Assembly (NCBI RefSeq): GCF_963506605.1
Contig: NC_083289.1
Coordinates: forward strand, 54,064,001 to 54,128,000
DNA: 64,000 nucleotides
Direction of reading: 5' to 3'
DNA from: Zootoca vivipara
Taxonomy: Eukaryota
The stretch's first letter is position 1. Each line of letters begins with the position of its first letter. Shown here in pieces: positions 1 through 10,500 of the stretch. The notes below the pieces were generated by a model. It did no database searches and had not been told where the DNA came from. It was given only the letters and a program-made list of their open reading frames with translations. A program made the position numbers and the translations under genes.

Positions 1-209
1 GGGGGTGGGCGCCGCTGGACGTCCACGGGCCACGCCAAAGAGGCCAGCGAGCCGCGCCTAGGCAGCCGCCTGGAGCCCCCTTGGCAGGGACCCGCAGAGT
101 TAAGAGACTGGGGGGGGGTGAGAGCCTGCTCCGTCGAACCCCCGGGGGTGGAGTGAGTCAGGCGCATAGAGGAACGTAGAGAGAAGGCAGCTGTCCTTGG
201 GGGCGCCGG

Positions 210-1260
210 CGAGGAAAGACGAATGTAGGAACATAAGGAAAGCCAGCAGTGGACAACCAGATGCCCGTAGGAAACCAGCAAGCAGGATCCGAGCCCAGGA
301 GCGACACTCTCTCGTCCTGTGGTTTCCAGTAACGTATTCAGAAGCATGGCTGCCTCTGACTGTGGAGGGCAGAGACGACCCTTCGTGGCTGGTAGCCCTC
401 CTCGATAGTCTCGCTCCTCCTCCTCCTCCTCCAGGAATTTATACGATCTTTTTGTCAAGCCGTCCAAGTTGCTGCCCATCGCCTACCTCCTGTGGTAGCG
501 AGTTCCATAGGTTAATTCTTGCGCAGCGTGAAGAAAGACTTTCTTTCTGTCCCGAATCTTCCGACATTCGGCTCCCGTTCGAGTGTCGTGAGAGAGGAAG
601 GAAAAAACTTTCCACTTTCTCTAGGCCGTGCGTAATACTATAAACTCCCCCCCCCCCCATGTCTCATTTTATTTGCCTTTTCTCTAAAGTTAAACCAAAC
701 AGTCTCAAACACGCAACTTTTCCCCATAGGGCAGTCGCTCCAGCGCCTTGATCATTTTGTGGCCCTTTCCCGAACCTTTTCCACAAACAATATCCTGCGG
801 ACGCCCCATAGATTTGAATAATAGCATTATGATATAGACAGCTTTCTTGTCAATAATGATCCTTAGCGCGGAGGTTGCCTTTTCCAGAGCTGCCGCGCAC
901 AGAGGGCGCATCTTCATCCGTATCTCCACTAGGACCACAAAGTCGTGATCCTGACCAGTCTCTGCCAGTTCAGACTCCATAAACATGTGACATTAAGACT
1001 TTTCGCCCCCGTGTATTGTAGACACTTTTCTACAATGAATTGCCCTTTGGTTACAATGACCCTGAACAGTTTAGTGCAGGCATCCCCAAGCTCGGTCCTC
1101 CAGATGTCTTGAGACTACAACTCCCATCATCCCTAGCTAACAGGAACAGTGGTCAGGGATGATCGGAGTTGTAGTCCCAAAACATCTGGAGGGCCGAGCT
1201 TGGGGATGCCTGGTTTAGTGCCTCCAGCAAACGTGACCACTTCGCCGCTCATCTATAACT
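210..1260 (-). mobile_element. Old, degenerate CR1-type LINE fragment, interrupted by a hAT MITE
   Basis: Minus-strand remnants of the CR1 ORF2 C-terminus (KMIKALERLPYGEKLR; INLWNSLPQEV) and 3'UTR-like sequence near 210-400. Boundaries are approximate. Confidence 0.6.
1077..1212. mobile_element. 136-bp hAT-superfamily MITE
   Basis: Terminal inverted repeats CAGGCATCCCCAAGCTCGG...CCGAGCTTGGGGATGCCTG. Perfect 8-bp TSD GTTTAGTG at 1069-1076 and 1213-1220. Confidence 0.9.
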
Positions 1261-1334
1261 CGTTTAGAAAGCACAGATCCCGATCCTTGGAGGACTCCGC
1301 TTCTGCATCTCTCCTTTGGTGGCCGGGTCCATTT

Positions 1335-2990
1335 CATAGAATCATAGAATCATAGAGTTGGAAGAGACCACAAGGGTCATCCAGTCCAACCCCCTGCCAA
1401 GCAGGAAACACCATCAAAGCATTCCTGTCAGATGGCTGTCAAGCCTCTGCTTAAAGACCTCCAAAGAAGGAGACTCCACCACACTCCTTGGTAGCAAATT
1501 CCACTGCCGAACAGCTCTTACTGTCAGGAAGTTCTTCCTAATGTTTAGGTGGAATCTTCTTTCTTGTAGTTTGAATCCATTGCTCCGTGTCCGCTTCTCT
1601 GGAGCAGCAGAAAACAACCTTTCTCCCTCCTCTATATGACATCCTTTGATATATTTGAACATGGCTATCATATCACCCCTTAAGCTTCTCTTCTCCAGGC
1701 TAAACATACCCAGCTCACTAAGCCGTTCCTCATAAGGCATCTTTTCCAGGCCTTTGACCATTTTGGTTGCCCTCTTCTGGACACGTTCCAGCTTGTCAGT
1801 ATCCTTCTTGAACTGTGGTGCCCAGAACTGGACACAGTACTCCAGGTCAGGTGAGGTCTGACCAGAGCAGAATACAGTGGTACTATTACTTCCCTCCCCT
1901 TCATGGATCAATGCCTTGTCGTGGCGAAGGGGCTTGAATAACTCAGAGAAGCTATGAGCTATGCCATGCAGGGCCACCCAAGATGGACAGGTCATAGTGG
2001 AGAGTTTTGACTAAACGTGATCCACCTGGAGAAGGAACTGGCAAGCCACTCCAGTATCCCTGCCAAGAAAACTCCATGGACAAAGACAACAGGCATAGGT
2101 CCATGGGGTCACGAAGAGTCGGACACGACTAAACGACTAAACAACAACAAAAGATGCTATACTCCTATTGATGCAGCCCAGAATTGCATTGGCTTTTTAA
2201 GCTGCTGCATCACACTGCTGACTCATGTCAAGTTTGTGGTCTACCAAGACTCCTAGATCCTTTTCACATGTACTGCTCTCAAGCCACGTGTCTCCCATCC
2301 TGTATTTGTGCCTTTCATTTTTTTTTTTGCCCAAGTGTAGTACCTTACATTTCTCCTTGTTAAAATTCATCTTGTTTGCTTTGGCCCAGTTGTCTAATCT
2401 GTTAAGGTCATTTTGAAGTGTGATCCTGTCCTCTGGGGTATTAGCCACCGCTCCCAATTTGGTGTCATCTGCAAACTTGCTCAGGATGCCCTCAAGCCCA
2501 TCATCCAAGTCATTGATAAAGATGTTGAATAAGACTGGGCCCAAGACAGAATCCTGTGGCACCCCACTAGTCACTACTCTCCAGGATGAGGAGGAGCCAT
2601 TGATGAGCACCCTTTGGGTTCGGTCAGTCAGCCAGTTACAAATCCACTGAATGGTAGCATTGTCTAGCCCGCATTTTACCAGCTTCATTACAAGAATATC
2701 ATGGAGCACCTTGTCAAAGGCCTTGCTGAAATCAAGATAGGCTATATCCACAGCGTTCCCTTCATCTACCAGGCTTGTAATTCTGTCAAAAAATGAGATC
2801 AATTAGTCTGACATGACTTATTTTTCAGGAACCCATGCTGACTTTTAGTGATCACAGCGTTCCTTTCTAGATGCTCACAGACTGTTTGCTTAATGATCTG
2901 CTCTAGAATCTTTCCTGGTATTGATGTCAGGCTGACTGGGCGGTAATTGTTTGGGTCCTCTCTTTCCCCCTTTTTGAAAATAGGGGCATT
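1335..2990 (-). mobile_element. Young 5'-truncated CR1 LINE (reverse transcriptase C-terminal half)
   Basis: RT motifs YLDFSKAFD, GVPQDSVLGPVLFNIFIND, KFADDTKL and the CR1 C-terminus [19 protein letters not shown]. (ATTCTATG)n 3' tail at 1335-1356. Interrupted by a BovB derivative at 1896-2151. Confidence 0.95.
1896..2151 (+). mobile_element. Internally deleted (bipartite) BovB/RTE derivative
   Basis: BovB 5'-region sequence (GGGCCACCCAAGATGGACAGGTCATAGTGGAGAG...GGAGAAGGAACTGGCAAGCCACTCCAGTAT) is joined at ~2097 to the BovB 3' end (GGTCCATGGGGTCACGAAGAGTCGGACACGACT) with a (CAA)n tail. Confidence 0.85.
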
Positions 2991-3182
2991 TCTCCCTGCT
3001 TCATGAAACTTAGCCAACCTCTGATCCGGAAGAGGACATCTCTGCTCTTAGAATTATGGAATTGAAGAGTTGGAACTTGGAAGGGACCTCAAATGTCATC
3101 TGTTTCAACTCCCTGCGATGCAGGAACCGCAGCGAAAGCAGTTCCTCTTATTCCTTCACTGCTAAGCTTACTCGAGAGTAGT

Positions 3183-3272
3183 GTATCTGAAGAAGTGTGC
3201 ATGCACACGAAAGCTCATACCAAAATATAAACTTAGTTGGTCTTTAAGGTGCTACTGAAGGAATTTTTTATT
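3183..3272 (+). mobile_element. Penelope-like element fragment carrying a minimal hammerhead-like motif
   Basis: Sequence CTGAAGAAGTGTGCATGCACACGAAAGCTCATAC...TTAGTTGGTCTTTAAGGTGCTAC, flanked by a 15-bp direct repeat TTACTCGAGAGTAGT (3168-3182, 3273-3287). The same family recurs at 3385-3590 and 61599-61855. Confidence 0.7.
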
Positions 3273-3384
3273 TTACTCGAGAGTAGTTGGTGAAGTACTT
3301 TGTCGAAAGGCTCTTGAAAGCCCGCGGACGCTTTGAGAGCGGGGCCTCAGGGCCACCCGCGGTGCGCCTGTTACTCGTTTGCAG

Positions 3385-3590
3385 AGTCAGGTAGGTAGCC
3401 GTGTAGGTCTGACGCAGTACCTCTGCAAACGAAATACAGTAGAACCTTAGCGACCAACTAAGTTTGTTCTAGGTACAGTATAAGCTTCGTGTGCATGCAC
3501 ACGAAAGCTTATACCTATAACAAACTGAGTTGGTCTCTATGGTGCTACTGGAGTAATCTTTTTAAATTTTTATTTCCTTTGCAGAGGTAC
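3385..3590. mobile_element. Penelope-like element in inverted (hairpin) configuration
   Basis: Imperfect palindrome centred on GTGTGCATGCACAC (3489-3502). Outer arms GTACCTCTGCAAA (3417-3429) and TTTGCAGAGGTAC (3578-3590). Confidence 0.7.
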
Positions 3591-3933
3591 ACTGCCCCTG
3601 ACTGTGGACGCTCAGTTTAGCCACGGAGAGACCTTAGGGTAGAGGAGATCGGGAGATTGGGGAGCTCGCGACTGAGCCCGGCTGCTTTGAAGCGGCTCCT
3701 CCATGTCGCAAAGACGCAGCCGCGTTAGCCTCGCCAGCCTCCGCAAGCCGGGGATGCGGCGGGACAGGAGCAGCGCTCCCGGGCTTGCCTGGAGCCCAGC
3801 CAGCTGATGGGGGCAGTTGGCGCCCCCTCCCTGTAACAGCCTGCGGGCGTGGCCCCTATCCCTTCCCTCCAGGAGGTGCCCAGAGGCGGCGCTGATGGGC
3901 GGAGAGCCCCTGGAGACCGAGGGAGAGGCCCCA

Positions 3934-3959
3934 GGCGGGGCGGGGCGCCCCCTTTAAAA
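3934..3959 (+). promoter_or_regulatory. alpha-globin proximal promoter: tandem GC boxes and TATA-like TTTAAAA
   Basis: GGCGGGGCGGGGCG at ~3934-3947 and TTTAAAA at 3953-3959, ~45 nt before the ATG. Lies inside a CpG-rich island spanning ~3690-4990. Confidence 0.65.
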
Positions 3960-4004
3960 GAGCCGCTCGCGCTCTGACGGCACCCGAGACTTTGAGCTGC
4001 CAGG

Positions 4005-4650
4005 ATGGTGTTGACCGACGACGACAAGAACCACGTGAAGGCCGTTTGGGCCGAGATCCAGTCCCATGCCGGGGACATCGGCGCCGAGGCCATCACCAGG
4101 TAAGCCCGCCCCGTCGGGCACAGACCCTCTCCCGGGGACGAGGCCGCGGGCCGGGCGGGAGTCGGACCGTCGTCTCCCTGCTCCTCTCCTCCTCCTTCTC
4201 CCGCAGGATGTTCGCAGCGCACCCCACCACCAAGACCTACTTCGCGCACATCGACGTGCACCCCGGCTCCGCTGACATCAAGGCGCACGGCAAGAAGGTC
4301 GCGGCGGCCATCGGTGAGGCCGTGGCGCACATCGACAACATCGCCGGCGCCCTCGACAAGCTCAGCGACCTGCATGCCCAGAAGCTGCGCGTGGACCCCG
4401 TCAACTTCGCGGTGAGTCTCTCTCGCTCCCCGTCGGGGCTCCAGGGCAGGCGGGCGGGCTGGATTCCTGCTTCGCTCCGTCCGGGGCCCCGACTAACGCT
4501 CTCCCTCCGCTTTTCCCGCAGCTGCTGGGCCACTGCATCCTGGTGGCCATCGCCTCCAACCACCCGGGGCTCCTCAAGGCCAGCACCCTCGTCTCCATGG
4601 ACAAGTTCCTGGGCCGCGTCGGTATCGTGCTGACCTCCAAGTACCGCTAG
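4005..4650 (+). CDS. HBA: Hemoglobin subunit alpha-A (142 aa, 3 exons)
   Basis: Exons 4005-4099, 4207-4411 and 4522-4650 (95/205/129 nt, canonical alpha sizes); GT-AG introns of 107 and 110 nt. Protein [49 protein letters not shown]...KAHGKKV...[25 protein letters not shown]...LTSKYR with distal and proximal His intact. [12 protein letters not shown] is alphaA-type. Confidence 0.97.
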
Positions 4651-4716
4651 ACCCCACGAAGCCCAAGCCCGCCGGAGGAGCCGCCTCGACGCCGCCCCGC
4701 GACCCCCAAACACCAC

Positions 4717-4722
4717 AATAAA
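4717..4722 (+). terminator. alpha-globin polyadenylation signal
   Basis: AATAAA 66 nt after the stop codon, followed by T-rich sequence. Confidence 0.85.
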
Positions 4723-7328
4723 CCTGCTCTTGACTTTATCTGATCTCTCACGTCTTCTTGGGCTGAACTGGGGGCGGGCGGGAAGAAGGGAGAGGGGGCC
4801 CCGGGGGCCTGGACGGCTCTGGCGAGGGAGACCCCGTCCCGCGGGATAGTCCCTACCTTGGCGCTCCTTGAACCCGGGGCCCTTGGACCGAGTCGCCTGC
4901 TAGGTGGGGGCCCTGAAAGAGCCGCAGGCACGCGTGGCCTTTGCCGGACGGGGGCGCAGAGTCCGGCTCCGTCCAGCCCGAAAGCCCCGAGAACCACAGC
5001 TGCCAGCCCGTGTATGCAGTACGGCCCAGGTTGGATGCAAAAGAAGGCAGCTTCCTAGGACTCTCCGCTCGAGGGCAGAGGCAGCCCCCTCCCCACAGCC
5101 AAGCCCACTTCAAGGCCGGGGGGCAGTGCTAGGGGTCCCCTCCACACCCGCACTGAGAGGGCACGGGAAGAGGCCCCCAAGCAGGAACTCTGCCTGGGAG
5201 GGGGCGACTCGGGCTCTGGAACCACCGCCAGTTCCTGAGATCCCGAGGACCCACCAGAGCAATGGGGAAGGGCGCATGGCGGCAGTCGGAGAAGCCACGC
5301 ACACAGTGGCACAGGTGGGCTGCGTGGGCCAGATCTAGCCCAGCGCCAGGAGGCCCATTGCAATGGCGGCGGCGCCCCAGAGGCAGGGCCAAAAGCCCTC
5401 CGGGTTGCAGGAGGGGAACCAGAGTTTGCATCCCTGCGTCTTGGGCTTTTGGGGGTCAAGTCAAACCGTTGGAAGGCTGCGGCGCCTGCTGTGGCTGCAG
5501 AGGCCGATATGGGAGAGACGTGACGTGCTTTGGTGCAGTTGGGGGCCGGGCGGGGCACCTGAAGATGTCCGGTTGTAGACGCACCTGCTGCTGCTGCAGA
5601 CGCACCAAGACATCTCTTCTCTCTGCTCCCCGCAGAGGTTCTTCTTCCTCTGCTCATTGCTTTGGATGCACGACTTGTCTACCTGTCTCTGGGGAATCAG
5701 AGACCCTCTAAAAATACCCACAGCCCCAGCAGAGAGAGGGGGCAGCTTCCCGCTCCCCCCCCAAAAAAACACCTCCCCTTCCCCGCTGCTGCTCTCTGAG
5801 ATGATGCTCTAAGAAACTACTGTAAGCGGAGCCCGCTGGATCAGGCCAAATGCCCCTCTAGCTCCGCATCCTGTCCTTACGGGCTGCCCAGGCAAGCTCC
5901 TTCCTCGGTGTCCCACGTCCTGCTCGCTCGGCCAGGCAGAGCCTCGGGTCAGGCAGGAAGGCAAACGTCAGGCACCTCTGAAGCAGAAAGGAGTTGGCTC
6001 TGGGCCCCAAGGGGTTAACCCCATGTGGGGCCTCGGGGCAGCCGCTGAATTCCCAGCGCGCAGGCGCCCCCTGCTGCTCCTGGGTGGGAATGGCAGGAAG
6101 GGCAGCCCTTTGGGAAGCGAGGCCTCAGTCTGCCCCCCCCCATCAGCTCATGTGCCCCCGCCGGAGGGGCTTTTCTGCATGTGGTGCTCCCCCCGTGCCC
6201 CCCTGCACGAGTCGAGGGCTGCAGAGCCAGCCGGGCTTTTGGCCCCAATCCAACACGCACCTCTCTCCCGCAGTTACCTAAAAAATGCTGCAATGAAGTG
6301 GAAAGGCCCCTTTACTGCCACCTTAGCATCCTGTCTCCTCCCCTGGACTGCTAAGCCAAAGCCTTTGGGGGGGGTGCCCTAGAGGCTTCCTGCCAGCATG
6401 GAGGGCAGGTGGTGGCTGTGTGGGGGTTAAGGGGCTGGGGCTGGGGGGGTGCTACTGCTGCCTGAGCCAGCAGAACTCCAGTGCAGGGCAGGGTGTGTGT
6501 TTCGTGTGAGTTGTGGGGCTCAGGAGATTCTTCAGAGAAGGCTGCTCTGAGCTGCAGAAGGGCAATGGGGGGTAGGAAGAAGTGGCGCTTGCCTGCTCTC
6601 CTGCCCCAGACCAGTCGCTCTGGAGGACGGGGAGTCCAGGACCCTGCGCCCTCCAAGGGAAAGACCGCAGCTGGGAAGCTGCCTGGTGTGGAGACAGGCC
6701 TAGGTGGGGAATGAAGCTGGGAACTTCTGCATGCCAAGCAGCTTCTCTGTTGCAGAGCTGTGGCCCTTTGCTATGAGTGCAGACCTGGCTGCTGACTGGC
6801 CACCTAAGCACCCAGGGCAGAGCTCAGGCCTGGGCCGCCTCACCCTTTCATGCCCAACCTGCTCCCCTGGGTTGCCACCAGCTTGGCATCTGCTTCCAGC
6901 CAGTCACCTCCCACCATCCTGCCTTCTCTCGCCTGCTTCTGCAGGGGATCTTCCTGGACTCTCCCCGTCCTGCCAGCTTGAGCCTCGCCCTTCTTCTGAC
7001 TTTTGCCTTGGCCCATGTGGTCTCAAAGGAAGATGGCAGCCTGCCAGGGGACGGGCCAGACTGGCTCATAGCTGCCTTTTCGGACCAATGGATCTTCAGG
7101 TTTCCAGGCAGCTCAGGGGTCTGTCTGGCAGCAGCACCTGGCGAAGCATTCTGCATGCAAGGCAGGTGCTCAACCCCTGAGCTACATCCCTGCTCCCTTG
7201 CTTGACTCCTTGCTGTGGCCTTAGGCATGCTTCTGCACCTGCGGAGAAGGGGCCCAATCCTGCAAGAAACCCGTGGCAGAATTGACCAGGCACCCTGGAT
7301 AGAGGTCCCAAAAGTAAATGCTGTCCTC

Positions 7329-7334
7329 TTTATT
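7329..7334 (-). terminator. Globin Y polyadenylation signal
   Basis: TTTATT on + (AATAAA on -), 60 nt downstream of the GbY TAG. Confidence 0.75.
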
Positions 7335-7394
7335 CCATCAATACAAACGTAAGAAGGGGGGGAGAGCGTGGAGCAGGGTACCCCCTTCCTTTCT

Positions 7395-7549
7395 CTAGGG
7401 AGAAAGGGGGCGACTGTAGGCGGCTTCTACTTCTGCAAAGACGGCGTCAAAGAACTTTACCCAAGAGAGCCTCATGTCATCGGTGAACTCATCTTCCAGG
7501 AGTTCTTGGAAGACACAGAGAATGGTCTGAAACAGAAGCTGGGCAAAAA

Positions 7550-7585
<36 letters not shown>

Positions 7586-10500
7586 TAGGGGGCAGCTTGG
7601 GATGCATTCCCAGTGACCTCCAAGGCTCTAACCACTAGGCTCCCTTTCCAGAAGCCCTTGCTTGAGCGCCTCATGGATTCCCTGCCTGGCTTAGCCTGCA
7701 GGAGACAGCCCCAGGAAAGGCATTAAGCCTGATGGGGGGGGGGAGGGCAGCGGAGGAAGCCTGTGGCTGCTCTTGTGGCAAAGAGCAGTGCTGAGGAGGC
7801 CCAGCTGGGCTCCCTATCTGGTCCCTGAGGCCATTTCCCCCCAAGCCGTGCCCACCTGTCCCACACCTGATGCCACCTGTGCCAGCAGGTGTGGCCCGGG
7901 CACTTGCACACTTCCTGGGGCCTCCTTGCAGGGAAAGCTGGGGTGGGCTGCGCCAGGGAGTTCTTCGTCTGGAAGGTCCTGTCTGCAGCCCCCTGGTGCC
8001 TTCAGTGAGACCTGCTTGGCTTGGCTTCAGAGCACCCCTGCGCCAGACAGGCTTTGCAGTGAGCCCCACTGATGTGGCCCCCTGACCTCAAGACAATGCC
8101 AGGAGAGTGGCAGGGGGTGGCCTGCTGGGGATGCCAGGATCAGACTCAGGTCCCCCCCCCCCATGGGATGTATAATCAACGATGCAGTCAAATGCAACAT
8201 TTCCTGTTGCCTAGAATGGTGGACACACAGGGGAATGTGGCTCTAGACCGGGAGGGCTTCCTGTCATACCTGCTCTGGAGCATCCTCCCCCTGTGTGTGG
8301 CCAGGTAGGTGGGCGGGACCTTAGCAGACCCTACAAAAGGGCTGGCCATGCAGGCACCTTCCTCTTCTGCTCTCTTGGGCTCTCTGCTGGCTCTTAGCCA
8401 GCAGCACATGGCAGGACGGAAGCCACAAGGTGGAAAGTCTGAGGCCTAGCTCAGACTTCTTTTCTCTACAAATGTAACTGTAACTGCAACATGAAGCCTG
8501 CCTTCAAAATTCTTTACCCTTACTTTTAAACAAGACTGTCGTGTTGTTGTTGTTGTTGTTGTTATTATTATTATTATTATTATTATTAGTGGGAAATAAA
8601 AGGGGAAACTTACCAGCAACAATCCAGACTGGATTGCGTAACTTAAATGATTCTAACGAATCCATCAACTTGGCAATGCACAAGGGAATGTGCTCTGCTG
8701 CTTGCTCACTAGCGTGAGTGAGGAGGGATGATGTTTAATCAATATATCCTCTCCTACTTTCCTCAACATGCCCACACCCCCTGTGCCCCCTCCGGTTTGA
8801 AGGATCCCAGTTGCCCCGAGGGCACGCTGCCAGCCCAGCAGCTCCTGTGTCCTCCCCGCTTGCTCGCCCCCCCCCACTACCTGGAACATCTGTGAGGGCA
8901 CTTGGTGGACGTTCTTGTGGTTTTCCACCAGGCGCGCCACCAGCCGGCAGCCCTGCTTCCGGTTGTCCACGTTTTCAACCAGCTGGTTCAGAGCCACCAT
9001 GACCCTCCGGCCATGGGAGCCCACCTCAGGGTCCCCCAGCAGGTCGCCTTCCGTTGGGATGTTCTTGAAGAACTGCTTGCTGTCAGGGTGGTCTGTGAAG
9101 AACCTGCGTGCGGAAGAGCGAAGGTTCGCCTTGAGCGCAGAGCTCAGATTTCGTACAGACCCTTTTGAGTATCGCTGCCAAAGGCTGTGGGGGAAGCAGC
9201 ATTTGACCCCCTTCTTAACTCTCCCCCCCCCCTCTGGGCCTGGCTGAGGAGGACAGCCTGGCCTCACGGTCTGCAGAGTCTGCTTTGCTCAGGAGTCTCA
9301 GCTGGGTTCTTTCTAGAAGTGTCTGCTGGCTGCCGGCTGCTCCCTCCCTGACCGCCCCGCTTGATCCCCTGTGGATTTGGTTTGCATAGATGGTGCACTC
9401 CCTCAACTCTGTTGGGTGGGTGGCAGTAATGCCCAGTGGCCTGTTTCTTTCACTAATCAATAGGCCCCTCGACCACAGAAATCTCTGCTTCCAAACCTGG
9501 ACAAAACAGCATTCACAGAAGTCTGATCTTACTTGTCCTGCTCTGCCCCCCCCCCTTCCACTTAATTCCAGAAAGGAATTTGTAGATGGCTTTCACCCAC
9601 ACACCCACTTGGGACCTCCGGAAAGCAGAGGATGCCAGGGGAGCTGCAGCATATCTTCTGCAGCAGACATTCTGCCAGCCTCCTCTGGCTCCCACAACAA
9701 TGGCCTCCTGCTTCCCTCCAAGAGCTGCTCACCTGGAAGTCGCCCTTCCCCAGCCAGCCAGCACACTGCAGGGTTCTGAAGAGGAGCCCAGCATCCCAGA
9801 GGCCCCTCTGCTCTCCCTGAAGCTGCTAGTGGGGGCTCCTCCCTGAACAGAGGTGGAGAAATGGCCACCCCCTGCTTTCTGTCTCTTTTTGTCTCTGAGG
9901 GGTTCACCGATGATGTGCACCCAAAGGGCCCTCAGGAGGAGGAGGAGAGGATGGTGCCCTCCATCTCCTAACTCTTTCTAAAAGTCATTCTGATATGGCT
10001 CCAGGAGGTGCTCAGGAGGTGGTCTCTTAAATGGTGAGGGAGTGAAGCCAGGGGCATTGGATGGGGGCGGTCCGCCCTGGGTTCCACTCCAGGGGGGTGC
10101 CACTTGGCGCCCTCACCCCCTCGATTCCCAAGCCGAGCCTCCAGGCTCCCGGTAAAAAGTCCGCTCAGCGGTGCGCCAAGCGGACTTTTTACCGGGAGGC
10201 TGGGCTTGGGAGTCGCGGGGGTGGGGGCACCAAGTGGCACCCCCCCCCGCTGTGCCAAGTGGGCCTTCTACCTGGATCTGGAGGCACGCGGCTTTGGAGT
10301 CGCCGGGGGCGGGGCGGCGATACCCCGCTACGTAACACGCATGCGCAGCGCGATGCTGCGCATGCGTCGTTATGTGGCGGGATATCACCGCCCCCGCGCC
10401 TCCAAAGCCGCTCACCTCCAGCTACAAACTCCAGGTAGAAAACCCGCTCGGGATGCTGTACATGCATGTTACGTAGCAGGGTATCGCCGCCCCCCCGGCG

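Noticed and set aside
1-200. GC-rich window start as part of another globin gene (for example alphaD)
   Set aside because: No globin-like translation or exon was recognisable; the segment is too short to interpret.
3992-4633. 213-aa ORF over the alpha-globin gene
   Set aside because: It is the exon 2 frame read through both introns; the spliced three-exon model explains it.
8665-9267. 200-aa minus-strand ORF as a single-exon globin
   Set aside because: Only 9103-8881 is globin-like, and that part is bounded by canonical splice sites.
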